Positions 31,957 to 41,638 of a DNA stretch of 64,000 nucleotides are shown one piece after another (within the stretch, counting starts at the first letter, position 1; the number at the start of each line of letters is the position of its first letter). The notes below the pieces were generated by a model, which had not been told where the DNA came from, did not search any database, and saw only the letters and a list, made by a program, of their open reading frames with translations. This stretch comes from an uncultured virus (IMG/VR IMGVR_UViG_3300021399_000148). Its lineage: Duplodnaviria > Heunggongvirae > Uroviricota > Caudoviricetes. The position numbers and the translations under genes are program-made. The stretch lies in IMG/VR virus record IMGVR_UViG_3300021399_000148; one strand, 5' to 3'.

Positions 31957-32757
31957 TTAACGCCATTCAGAGTCCTTATCTATATCATCCTCTAAATAAT
32001 AAATCTCTAACGCTTTTGACTTCTTTCTATCTCCAACAGACAGCGCAGTCGCGCTAAACTTACCAACCACTGGTTGAGCATTTGCCCCAAGCGTTAAATT
32101 AAAATCTGACGTTATCTTTAGTTTTGGTATATAGATAATAGCGGTATGGGTTTGTCCAGTAATGTCATCTTTAAATCTACTTCTTCCTTCTAAACTAACA
32201 TATCCGTCAAAAATATCTTCACCAATGAAGTTTACTGTCGCGCCATTATCATATCCATATTCATAATCTACAATAACATCTTTATAGACTAGAGGGGTTT
32301 GAATTTGTTGCTCGCCAATTAACGATAAGCCCTGTAATTTTTCTCCAGTTTCTTTATTATAAACAAAAATCCACGCATTTAATGGTTTGTGGGTTAATGT
32401 GATTATTCCTTCGTCATTAGTTTCCAATTCGTCTCTTTGAGAAATTCTCACAATCTGATTATCGGAGGTTGATAAAATACGAGAATTATTCATTAAACCG
32501 AATTGGGTTTTTGAAAAGATACCTTGTGTAAAAACTAAATCTACTCCCTCAGTCCTATTCCAAATTACTACTTTTCTATTCTGATAACCGCCTTGCGCCG
32601 CGGCCTCTCGATGAATTTCTTTAAAATTAGCAATTTGGATTTTATCAAATGCCGCAATTACTTCTCCTTCGGCAATCTGATTTCCATTTATCTCTATTAT
32701 AGAAGTGGATTTTAGCTGCACAAAGTATAGTTCTTGCATTCCAAATTCATTATTCAT
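31957..32757 (-). CDS. Tail tube-like protein (paralog of major tail protein)
   Basis: Similar N-terminus and C-terminal IPK.K.....LT.....P pattern shared with 32829..33857. Confidence 0.55.
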   Translation of the reverse strand: MNNEFGMQELYFVQLKSTSIIEINGNQIAEGEVIAAFDKIQIANFKEIHREAAAQGGYQNRKVVIWNRTEGVDLVFTQGIFSKTQFGLMNNSRILSTSDNQIVRISQRDELETNDEGIITLTHKPLNAWIFVYNKETGEKLQGLSLIGEQQIQTPLVYKDVIVDYEYGYDNGATVNFIGEDIFDGYVSLEGRSRFKDDITGQTHTAIIYIPKLKITSDFNLTLGANAQPVVGKFSATALSVGDRKKSKALEIYYLEDDIDKDSEWR

Positions 32758-32779
32758 TTCCTTTATCTCCGTTTATAAA

Positions 32780-32809
32780 CAAAGCGAGGAGGCTTTCCGC
32801 CTCCCCGCC
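32780..32809 (-). terminator. Terminator after major tail gene
   Basis: GGCGGGGAGGC-GGAAA-GCCTCCTCGC-TTTGTTT on the minus strand. Confidence 0.7.
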
Positions 32810-32828
32810 ATTAAAATTTCTTATTAAA

Positions 32829-33857
32829 TTATTCGTCCGTAAGCATAGAAGCGTTAGCCGCAACATTCATATCTGTAACATATGGATCATGAGAATTATC
32901 AGCATCATAGTCATCAAGTACAGAAGCAACACCCTTGTTCTTACCATCGGTTGCTCCATTACCAGAACTTAATGAGTACTTAACTAATTTAACCATAGAA
33001 CCACTTTCAGACTTCAGACATTCAACAGTCATTGAGAAAGTAGCTGGATCACCATCAGCTTCCATTGTAAGACTTACATCCTCGGCAGAAACCTTTCCCT
33101 TTGGAATGATAAATTGCAGGAATTCATCTTTACCAGAAGCAACATTTCTAGCATATGTGTCACCAGTAATGTAATAAGTATTGGAATCAAATTCTGCACC
33201 AATATCAATTGTTACACCCTTAAAAACAGAACCATTACCAGCTTCTCTTGCCGTTGCATAATGAGTACCATTTACAATAGTTCCATTTGTACAATCAAGT
33301 AAATCAAATGTAATAAAATCAATTGCTTGGTTAGTTCCAGAGACTTTTCCGCCTACCCAATCAACAGTAGATCTTTTTACTGGAGTTGGTTCACTTAATT
33401 CATTACCATTACTGTCTTGATAACTGAACACAGTAACTAAACTTTTAGCAATATATAATTCAGTACCATTGATAGTAAATGTTAAATAATTTTTTTGATC
33501 TGAACCACTTTCAGTAGCTTCTTTAATCTTGGTAGTATCATAACGTAAAGTCTTTAATACTTCCTGTTTGTTTTCTTTAACATACATTTTTCCGCCAAAC
33601 ATAATACCAAGCGATTTAGCACTGAAAACAGCATCTTCCATTTCAATAGTGATTTCTTTATTGGTATCCCAAGAAAGAAGCTTAGCATTACCTTTACCAC
33701 CTCTAGCATCTACTTTTTCAGAACTTTGAGATAAAGTAGAAGTTTTTAAAGTGTCAAGATAAAGAGCCGGAGCAGATGGCGCGCCCTTTGAGTCAAGCTC
33801 ATAGAACATAACATCAGCTACCTCTTTAATAGCATATCTATCAAGAACAATTGCCAT
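32829..33857 (-). CDS. Major tail (tube) protein
   Basis: YAIKEVADV...LDTLK.S...ARGG.GN...W pattern of SPbeta-like tail tubes; followed by terminator. Confidence 0.75.
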   Translation of the reverse strand: MAIVLDRYAIKEVADVMFYELDSKGAPSAPALYLDTLKTSTLSQSSEKVDARGGKGNAKLLSWDTNKEITIEMEDAVFSAKSLGIMFGGKMYVKENKQEVLKTLRYDTTKIKEATESGSDQKNYLTFTINGTELYIAKSLVTVFSYQDSNGNELSEPTPVKRSTVDWVGGKVSGTNQAIDFITFDLLDCTNGTIVNGTHYATAREAGNGSVFKGVTIDIGAEFDSNTYYITGDTYARNVASGKDEFLQFIIPKGKVSAEDVSLTMEADGDPATFSMTVECLKSESGSMVKLVKYSLSSGNGATDGKNKGVASVLDDYDADNSHDPYVTDMNVAANASMLTDE

Positions 33858-33874
33858 ATTAAATAGCCTCCTAT

Positions 33875-34630
33875 TTATTTTTCTTCATCTATATTTTTAA
33901 TCCAATATTTTGGTTTAACTTTTTTGCTATCCGCGCCAGCAAGAAGCGCACGAATATCAATATCATACTCTTCCTTCTGCTGTTCCATAGCTATAAGCCA
34001 ATGAACACACGCATAGCTCATCTCTCCAATATTAAGTGGAGTTAAACCAATTCCCATACAACAAATTGCCGCAAGAAGAGTTCCAAAAGTTGGTCCTTTT
34101 TTAGCTTTTTTCTTTTTTACCAACTTTTCACTTCTACGTACCTTTTCCTTCCAACGCTTAATGCGCGGGTCCTCATTCGGATCATCTGGTTCGGGCAGCT
34201 TAACTGGAGTGTCACCCATAACTAAACGAATTGTATTTTGAAATTCAAAATAATTTTCTTCAGTAAGTAACTTCGGGTCCTCCAAATCTACATCTGGATC
34301 AAGTTCATCCTCACTTTTTCCAATCAGTAACATTTCAATTTCTGGAACTATAGTTACAGGTTCATGAATAAATTTACTAAACCCTTCTTCAATTTTTTGT
34401 CGCATCTCTTCTTCTTGATAATAATTCATCAACAAATATTGAAAAGGAGTCGGTACTATATCCATCGCCTCACCATATGCATCTTTAAGTTCTTCTTGCG
34501 TCATTGTAAACAATGTCTGATAGATTTTAAAATCTTCATCCCCAATAACATCATTTACAGTGGGCGGATAAACTTTGCAAATACCCTTAAAATCAATGGG
34601 GTATCCTAAGAAAACTCTCTCATCAATCAT
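33875..34630 (-). CDS. Putative tail assembly chaperone/virion assembly protein
   Basis: Position upstream of tail tube; LLAGAD...KYWI ending. Confidence 0.45.
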   Translation of the reverse strand: MIDERVFLGYPIDFKGICKVYPPTVNDVIGDEDFKIYQTLFTMTQEELKDAYGEAMDIVPTPFQYLLMNYYQEEEMRQKIEEGFSKFIHEPVTIVPEIEMLLIGKSEDELDPDVDLEDPKLLTEENYFEFQNTIRLVMGDTPVKLPEPDDPNEDPRIKRWKEKVRRSEKLVKKKKAKKGPTFGTLLAAICCMGIGLTPLNIGEMSYACVHWLIAMEQQKEEYDIDIRALLAGADSKKVKPKYWIKNIDEEK

Positions 34631-35114
34631 AAGTAGTAATTACAAAGGTCTGTTCGTAGGCACTAATTTCTTCCGTCAAGAAATTTAAAGCAAAATCTCC
34701 ACCCACCATTTTGCCTAAGCCTTCTATTTTTTTACCTTCAAGTGATTTCTGAATTTCACCCATAATAGCAAACGGGCGCAAATTCGTATCTTTAATAATC
34801 CACTGCGTTAAAGGTACAAAACTTTCCACACTTATTACAATATTTCTAAATTCCCCATTTGAAGCCAATCCTTGGCCGCGCGCCACCCGCACAGTAACTA
34901 CAGAATGAGCAGTTTCATGCGGCCCCACGCGAGGAACAATTTTAATGAGTTTCTCAAAAACCTCATCTTGTATTTGTTCTTTAGTCAAATCCTCATTATC
35001 CAAGGGGTCTTTATCGGTGTAATAAAGTAACTTTAAAAGGTTTTGATTAGCAAAAAGTCTTTTTACTATATACTGTAAATTAACTCCAAGTTCTGCACAG
35101 TTTCTTACACTCAA
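34623..35114 (-). CDS. Putative tail terminator/completion protein
   Basis: LLKLLYY...LRPF.I pattern; synteny. Confidence 0.5.
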   Translation of the reverse strand: MSVRNCAELGVNLQYIVKRLFANQNLLKLLYYTDKDPLDNEDLTKEQIQDEVFEKLIKIVPRVGPHETAHSVVTVRVARGQGLASNGEFRNIVISVESFVPLTQWIIKDTNLRPFAIMGEIQKSLEGKKIEGLGKMVGGDFALNFLTEEISAYEQTFVITTYD

Positions 35115-35842
35115 TCTTCCTCACCCCCACGATTTAACCAATAAAAATCATCTGCATTATCTTCAGGAGTTTGAACTGGCGGCTCGCTATGATCTCTCAA
35201 ATATTGCGGATCAACTGACACAAATTCAACCCCAGGGGTCGACTGTATATCATAACCAGTTACTACATAGGCTTCAACTAGATTACCTTGCGCGACCTCT
35301 AAATAATTATCTTTCCTAATATTCTCATTAAATGGGGTAATGAAGAAACTTAACTTTAAGTTTTCTGTATAAAGGGCCTTATTTCTACTTCTTGACTTTA
35401 ACTCATCTTTTAACATATTATCTTCTTGACCATAGAAATATGCCCAAGCTGTACATTTCTCTCCTTGACGATTTTTCCATTCAAGGAAATGGGTCATTCT
35501 CAAAACAATATACCTATTATATCCACTGGCTACATAATCTTCTAGCCAATAAATCATCCAAGGCACTCTATTACCATCTTTATCTGGCAACATTAATATT
35601 GTACCATTCGGAATATTCAAATGTACATCTGTTAAAAGATAACGTAAATCTTTAGTCTCATTTTGTCGATAAGGAGTGAGTTCTCCTTCTCTTTCTTCCT
35701 CTTCATACATGAAATCTATATAATAAACAGACTTCTTTAATTGTAATTTAAAATTTTCTTCACGCTGGCGCTGCATACGAGATTGAAAATCTATTCCATA
35801 TCTATTTAATCTCTTTAAATACACATCCTCATAGTAGCTCAT
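35111..35842 (-). CDS. Putative head-closure/head-tail joining protein
   Basis: Synteny between adaptor and tail terminator. Confidence 0.45.
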   Translation of the reverse strand: MSYYEDVYLKRLNRYGIDFQSRMQRQREENFKLQLKKSVYYIDFMYEEEEREGELTPYRQNETKDLRYLLTDVHLNIPNGTILMLPDKDGNRVPWMIYWLEDYVASGYNRYIVLRMTHFLEWKNRQGEKCTAWAYFYGQEDNMLKDELKSRSRNKALYTENLKLSFFITPFNENIRKDNYLEVAQGNLVEAYVVTGYDIQSTPGVEFVSVDPQYLRDHSEPPVQTPEDNADDFYWLNRGGEED

Positions 35843-36125
35843 CTTCTTGTTCTCCTATTTTTGAAAGTAAAGACATGCAATCAAATATTGTTTTTCTAAA
35901 ATACTTATAACTCAAATATCTACATGAAGATAGCTTGTGATATAAAGAAAAATAATAAATTGTCTTTTCTTCCTCTTTAAAACCTTCTAACTCAATGAGA
36001 ATGGAATCTAAAAAGCCTTCCCAGTCGCGCCCGCGCTCATATTCACATAAAAGTCCATATAACTGACTCTTCAGTTTATTATGATAACCTTCATATATAT
36101 CTTGAATATATCCCATTCTATTCAC
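35829..36125 (-). CDS. Hypothetical virion-module protein
   Basis: Coupled ORF in structural operon. Confidence 0.55.
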   Translation of the reverse strand: MNRMGYIQDIYEGYHNKLKSQLYGLLCEYERGRDWEGFLDSILIELEGFKEEEKTIYYFSLYHKLSSCRYLSYKYFRKTIFDCMSLLSKIGEQEDELL

Positions 36126-36546
36126 CTGCTAATTTAGTGTAATCGAATGGTTGCCTATTCCTAGAACGATAATAAACTCGCTCTAATTTAAGTGCTTTAT
36201 ATTCCTCTCTATCTTGTAATTTTTGTAACTTATCAATTAAATTTGCCTGTGAAAAATCCCTTTCTACATATAATGGTTTTACATTTTCCCAAGTCAAAAT
36301 TTCTCTATTAAGCCACTCACATTTCATTAAAGTAGCAATTATTTGAATCTCTTCATTGTTTAAATCATCAACGAAATCCCCAGACTCATCAAATTCCAAG
36401 CTAACACGAGGAAATTTAAAATTCGGCAAAGCACTTAAAAGAAGTTGTCTCCAATCTGCTTCAACTTCTTCCTGTGTCCAATTCAACCATTCATCCTCTA
36501 ACATTTTTGACAAAAAAGCCTCATAAACTTTATAAACGGAAGTCAT
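36118..36546 (-). CDS. Putative head-tail adaptor
   Basis: Helical 142 aa, VYEAFLSK...DFSQAN; synteny. Confidence 0.5.
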   Translation of the reverse strand: MTSVYKVYEAFLSKMLEDEWLNWTQEEVEADWRQLLLSALPNFKFPRVSLEFDESGDFVDDLNNEEIQIIATLMKCEWLNREILTWENVKPLYVERDFSQANLIDKLQKLQDREEYKALKLERVYYRSRNRQPFDYTKLAGE

Positions 36547-36547
36547 T

Positions 36548-37033
36548 TTACCTCTCCTGTGTAGCTTGATCGTCCCTATTTAATTGAATTGCTCTCATAA
36601 TATCAATTCCAATACGTTTTTTAATGGCATCTGACTTATCATAATCCATAATTTCATGTTCAATGGCATATGCGGCCAGCTCATTGACTTGATCATTGGA
36701 AAGTTCTCCAATCTTCTCTTTAAACTCAAACGCTGGCATGGTTGTTAAATATCTCTTTCTTTGATTATCATCTAAAGTGATAATATTAGTTGGCTCTTCC
36801 GCACCTTCCGGTTCTAAGCCTAAAGCAATTTTAATCTCCATATCGTCAATACCAAGAACTCCATTCTTGAAAAGATTTTCAACTCCAGGACGATACATAG
36901 CTTCTTCTAACTGATCAAAAGGAATTGTTGCAATCGCACCTTTCTTTTCCCAAACTCTCTTAAGTCTAAGGTCTGGCACTGTTAAAACAACTCTTTGAGA
37001 AACTAAACTTACAATTTTTACCTTCTTATCCAT
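36548..37033 (-). CDS. Hypothetical protein downstream of capsid
   Basis: SD AAGGAG before ATG 37033. Confidence 0.6.
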   Translation of the reverse strand: MDKKVKIVSLVSQRVVLTVPDLRLKRVWEKKGAIATIPFDQLEEAMYRPGVENLFKNGVLGIDDMEIKIALGLEPEGAEEPTNIITLDDNQRKRYLTTMPAFEFKEKIGELSNDQVNELAAYAIEHEIMDYDKSDAIKKRIGIDIMRAIQLNRDDQATQER

Positions 37034-37059
37034 TTTCTTTACTCCTTTTAACTCCATAA

Positions 37060-37089
37060 AAATACGGGGAGGGACGAAATCCCTCCCCT
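37060..37089 (-). terminator. Terminator after capsid gene
   Basis: GGGGAGGGA-TTTCG-TCCCTCCCC-GTATTTTT on the minus strand. Confidence 0.75.
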
Positions 37090-37099
37090 ATTTATCAAA

Positions 37100-38161
37100 C
37101 TATACGTTTGGATACATTTCCTTATAAGTCTGAGGAATTGCCTCATTCTTATAAATAGCCCAGTTATGATATGCAAGGATAGCAGTACCAAGCTTTCTAT
37201 AAGTATTAATCTCCATAGACTGGTCTGGATTGACGTAATCCCACATCTGAGTGTTGCCCTCGAAGACAACTTTAACAACTCTTTCTCCACCAGTTGGCAG
37301 AACGTAAGCCAGCTGAGGATCAATCCAAGTCTCTACGTTGTTTTCATCAACGAAGGACTGTGGAAACTGAACGATAGGAGTTCCTCTGAAAATATTAATG
37401 TATCCAGTATTATGAATAGCATCAATATCCTGTGGATGATATACGCCACCATAATTGCCATTAGCAGCAACTGGAACGATAGCATCAGCACCCATTGCTC
37501 CAATGAACTCAGGTGGTGCAAAGATAATCGCACCAGAACCATAAGCTCTAACAGTGGAAATCAACTTCATCATTTCATCGCCATCAAAGTCACTTCCTAC
37601 AGTAACATTGGCTCTGTTGTTTGCTGGTACACCATTCTGAGTAACGGCCGCGCGCAGTGCTCTCTGAACTTCTTGATAAACAGCATCTGTCTGAGCCTCT
37701 GTTAACAGGCTAATCAGTTCAGACATATTCTCAGCGCCATCAAGCATTCTTTCAAAATCAATTGAGCAAGCTCCGCCGATTGCGTGCGCACTAACTTCAA
37801 ATGAACCATTGTCCAGTCTGAAGCTTTCATAAACACCAGACAGACCAACTTGAGTTAGGAATTTCTTTGCTCTTGTCTTACCAAGCTTTGTTCTAAACAT
37901 AGCTTTCTGTCCCTGCGGAACCTGTCTAACTTCAGCAAAGATTCCTACTGCATCGATAACCTTATTAGGAACGATTTCATCAGCAGCTTCAATTATAATT
38001 TCATAAATATCATATCTATTTTTCATGAACTGGTTAACTGAACCAGCCAGATCTTTTAGGCCATCACGAAGCGCCTCATCAACAGTCTCTACAGAATAGT
38101 TAGATGGAGCCTGACCCTTAGCCGCACATACAGCTAATTCTTTCATTTCTTTAATAGTCAT
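37100..38161 (-). CDS. Major capsid protein
   Basis: 353 aa, after scaffold/decoration genes, followed by terminator, high-expression codon bias. Confidence 0.75.
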   Translation of the reverse strand: MTIKEMKELAVCAAKGQAPSNYSVETVDEALRDGLKDLAGSVNQFMKNRYDIYEIIIEAADEIVPNKVIDAVGIFAEVRQVPQGQKAMFRTKLGKTRAKKFLTQVGLSGVYESFRLDNGSFEVSAHAIGGACSIDFERMLDGAENMSELISLLTEAQTDAVYQEVQRALRAAVTQNGVPANNRANVTVGSDFDGDEMMKLISTVRAYGSGAIIFAPPEFIGAMGADAIVPVAANGNYGGVYHPQDIDAIHNTGYINIFRGTPIVQFPQSFVDENNVETWIDPQLAYVLPTGGERVVKVVFEGNTQMWDYVNPDQSMEINTYRKLGTAILAYHNWAIYKNEAIPQTYKEMYPNV

Positions 38162-38176
38162 TCTTCACACCCCCTA

Positions 38177-38728
38177 TTATGCAGTCTTAACTTGGAACTT
38201 CAGAGCAAATTGTCCATCCGGCATAGTTGTCTTTTCAACAACCAGTAGAACAGGACCAGCCTGAGGAGCAGTAGCAGAAACCTTAATTGCACCATTAGCA
38301 CTAATTCCACCATACAGCGGAGTAGTAGCCAGAGCATCAGCTGCGGTCGCTAAAGCTTCTTCATCAGCAAATTCACTTTCATCCATGCAAATACAATTTG
38401 TAGTAAATAATTCACCTACAGACAGGAATCCAAGTCTAGGAAGGAAAGTACCTCTTTCAAGTTTGAAATCCTTTAGTGAATTATATCTTTCATCATACAT
38501 ATGCTCTGTAGTATAATTCAGAGCGATTGGCAGAGAATCATCAACAGGGAACTTAACAGTTCTGTTAACTCTGTCTACTGCCAGTAACATTCCGTTTTCT
38601 GCGGGAACGGCCGCGAAATCAGTGGCATCAAGCGCACACTGAGCCTCAATGCGTCCATCTCTACGGAAAGATACTTGGTTAAGTTCGACTTGACCGAACC
38701 CGTCAATTACAAGTCTTTTATCAGCCAT
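38177..38728 (-). CDS. Capsid decoration/minor head protein
   Basis: ENGMLL...FTTN...TMPDG; sits between scaffold and capsid. Confidence 0.55.
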   Translation of the reverse strand: MADKRLVIDGFGQVELNQVSFRRDGRIEAQCALDATDFAAVPAENGMLLAVDRVNRTVKFPVDDSLPIALNYTTEHMYDERYNSLKDFKLERGTFLPRLGFLSVGELFTTNCICMDESEFADEEALATAADALATTPLYGGISANGAIKVSATAPQAGPVLLVVEKTTMPDGQFALKFQVKTA

Positions 38729-38745
38729 AATAAATCCTCCGTTTA

Positions 38746-40179
38746 TTACTTCTTATATCTACTTAAAATTCCCTCAATACCAGTTGGCTCAACATTATCT
38801 TTCGGTACATATTGAGGGTCTGAGTCATTTGTGAAAAGCGTCGGCTTATTCTTAACTAAAGTATAAGCTAATTCTCTATCTAACTCATCATTGGTCATCT
38901 CATCCATCTTTTCTTTGAAAGAAGAAATTTCTTCTGCATCAAGCAGCTGAGCATAATGATCAAGAGTAGCTTCTTTTTCTTTCTTTAAAATGTCAGCCTT
39001 GAAAGTTTCTAAAGATTCTTTTTCAGCTGTTAAAGATTCAATAGTAGCTTGAGCATTTTGATAGCTTTCTTGTACTTCATTTAAAGTGCTTTCTACATCC
39101 GCTTTTTCCTGTTGTAAAGTAGCGATTTCTCCATTACTCTCTTCAATTTTCTGACTATAAGTTGTTTCTAATTCATTCTTTTCATTCGTTAAAGTCTCAA
39201 CTTGATTAGTAAGAGAAGAATAATTTTCATCTACTTTCTCATAAGTATCGCCATTTAATTGATGCAGAACTTCAAGCGCACGCTTCTCTTCTTCATTGAC
39301 GTCAACAATATAGCAATTTTCTTTATTTGTAATTTCTAAAGAATCTGTTGCGTCATCTTTTGTATAGTAAGCTCTTTCATACTTCTGAGTTTCAAAGTTG
39401 AAAACAACAGCATATCCATCATAAACTTCTCCTACTGAGTAGTCAATAACATAGCCATTCTCTTCATTGAATCTAGAATTTAAAAGAGTCCAAATCATAT
39501 TATATTTCTGATTATCAGAAAGTTTAAATTCCATTTGATCTTTTCCTCCTACTTCTAATTTAGAATCTAGTTCAAATTGCTGCATTCTTTCAGCTAACGT
39601 TTCCGCAATTAATGTATAGAAGCTCGCGCCCTCAAAGCAGGGTTCGAAATCTTCTCCCAATGCTTGTAGACCTAAGAAACATCCATCCGTAAAGACAAAA
39701 TATTTCTTTCCATTAATAAACTTCCATTCACCTTCAATTGCATCAGCATATAACTCCATCGACTGCGCGCTTTCAACTATATCTAATGCCTCTTTTTGAT
39801 AAATGGCAGTATAGAGAAGAACATCAGTACAAGCGTATTCCCTCTCTATACCGTCTTTATCAAGATGCTTTTCCCAAGCGAAGTGATTATCGACAGGTAC
39901 TACGCCATAAATGCGCCCTTGATAGCGTTGCGTTCCATGGTCAGAAAAATCTTCCGTCATAGAATCATAGATACCCTTCACTGGCGCATAGGGTAGAGAT
40001 GCAATTAACTTTTCAGCAAATTCATCTGTAATATAAGTACCATTTCGATTACCACCCTTATAGAAAATGCGGCACCTCGCAAGGGATAAAGTCTTATTAT
40101 AGGCGGTTACATTACCATAAAGAGAAAGAGAAAAAGTAGTCATTTTATTCTTATCCATTGGTATTTGAACCTCCGCCAT
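38746..40179 (-). CDS. Prohead protease-scaffold fusion
   Basis: GGNRNGT, DH, QSMEL, LGEDFEPCFEGA, followed by acidic coiled coil. Confidence 0.7.
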   Translation of the reverse strand: MAEVQIPMDKNKMTTFSLSLYGNVTAYNKTLSLARCRIFYKGGNRNGTYITDEFAEKLIASLPYAPVKGIYDSMTEDFSDHGTQRYQGRIYGVVPVDNHFAWEKHLDKDGIEREYACTDVLLYTAIYQKEALDIVESAQSMELYADAIEGEWKFINGKKYFVFTDGCFLGLQALGEDFEPCFEGASFYTLIAETLAERMQQFELDSKLEVGGKDQMEFKLSDNQKYNMIWTLLNSRFNEENGYVIDYSVGEVYDGYAVVFNFETQKYERAYYTKDDATDSLEITNKENCYIVDVNEEEKRALEVLHQLNGDTYEKVDENYSSLTNQVETLTNEKNELETTYSQKIEESNGEIATLQQEKADVESTLNEVQESYQNAQATIESLTAEKESLETFKADILKKEKEATLDHYAQLLDAEEISSFKEKMDEMTNDELDRELAYTLVKNKPTLFTNDSDPQYVPKDNVEPTGIEGILSRYKK

Positions 40180-41638
40180 CTAATGATTTTTCATTAGCAA
40201 TTGTTTTTGCACTTTTCTCTTCTGCTGGTAATTCTGGTCGCCCAGGGGTGTTACCAGTTTCCGTATAAGCAGTACTCAACGGTATAAGTTTTTCCTTTAA
40301 AACAAGAACATCATTTTCTAAATCTTTAATATTACCAAGCTCCTTCTGCGAAATTCCCATAGCCAACGCGGGCATAATAAAGCTATAACCAGAATTAGCC
40401 ATTTTAAGAGCATTATCGCAATACTTTTGTTCATTATAAAAAGTAATAGGAAGAATAGTATACTTAAAAGTAATATTAGAATTACCAAATTGATTATTTA
40501 TGAGGAAAGTCATAAACTTATCAATTTTTCGTGCAAAAGTCATCATTAATGCCATATCATTATTAATTGAGGTTTCTAATGATAAGTTAGATTCTGTTCC
40601 AAATAATTGAGGACTAGAACCCGCTTCAGAGTAAATATTAAGAAGAGACTTCTCAATACTACTCGTAGCGTTATCATTTGAGGTTTTAGAAACTATAGCA
40701 TCTACGTCTGCATAGGTAGTTAAAACAGATACATTAGGATTACCCTTCATCATTTTAACAGTACCCTTATGCATGACCTCAGCTTCATCAGGCTCAAATA
40801 GTAATCCCCCATCTTGTAAGTGAGGAATTTTTTGAACTATAATCTTCCTTATTTCTTCTAAATCTCTTTCTTTGTTAATATCTCTTGCTTGGTCATATTC
40901 AATAGCGGCAGGAATGATATTTAAAAACATTGGGTAACCGTCAAGAAATGGCATACAAATTCCCATTTCAGCTGGTATAAACACCCATCTCTTTACCTTT
41001 CCTAATTTATATCTCCTATACCAATTAGCAACCACTTTTGGATATACCTTTAACGCGGCCCTACGGTCATCCTTATCAGTAATAGAATCAAAATAACTTA
41101 CATCAAATTCAACCAAATCATTACCCTTAATATCTTTAAAACGGGTGCGACAATAATAAACTGGTAAATCTATAATAGAAATAGAATCTTTGTCCACATT
41201 AAGAACAATACCATAATAACACCCATCGCGCAAGCTACGAATAGCCATTTTTGTAAAAATATCGGGCAATCCCGCGCAATCTATAAAATTCATTGCATTA
41301 AAATACTTTTTCTCAACATACTTTTCGGAGAGAGATTTACCAAAACTTGGATTAGGAATTAATAAACCAGTATATTTAAGTAAAGTTGCATAATGCAATA
41401 GAATACGTTGATAAAATCCACCCTTATCAAAGAAAAAACGGGATAGTCGAATTTGTGATTCCAACGAGCCAGATTCAATTATTCGTTCTATCTCTTCTGG
41501 AGTATAGTTCTTATAATTGCGTCTGCTGAAATAAGTAGAACCATATTTGTTGCCACTATAACTAGCATCACTTGTTGCAATCATTCGTTCATAGGAGCTT
41601 TTAAAGGTACTGAGAAACTCTTTATCGTTTCTATCCAT
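40151..41638 (-). CDS. Portal protein
   Basis: 495 aa directly after TerL; PLSTAYT...GRP C-terminus. Confidence 0.75.
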   Translation of the reverse strand: MDRNDKEFLSTFKSSYERMIATSDASYSGNKYGSTYFSRRNYKNYTPEEIERIIESGSLESQIRLSRFFFDKGGFYQRILLHYATLLKYTGLLIPNPSFGKSLSEKYVEKKYFNAMNFIDCAGLPDIFTKMAIRSLRDGCYYGIVLNVDKDSISIIDLPVYYCRTRFKDIKGNDLVEFDVSYFDSITDKDDRRAALKVYPKVVANWYRRYKLGKVKRWVFIPAEMGICMPFLDGYPMFLNIIPAAIEYDQARDINKERDLEEIRKIIVQKIPHLQDGGLLFEPDEAEVMHKGTVKMMKGNPNVSVLTTYADVDAIVSKTSNDNATSSIEKSLLNIYSEAGSSPQLFGTESNLSLETSINNDMALMMTFARKIDKFMTFLINNQFGNSNITFKYTILPITFYNEQKYCDNALKMANSGYSFIMPALAMGISQKELGNIKDLENDVLVLKEKLIPLSTAYTETGNTPGRPELPAEEKSAKTIANEKSLDGGGSNTNG

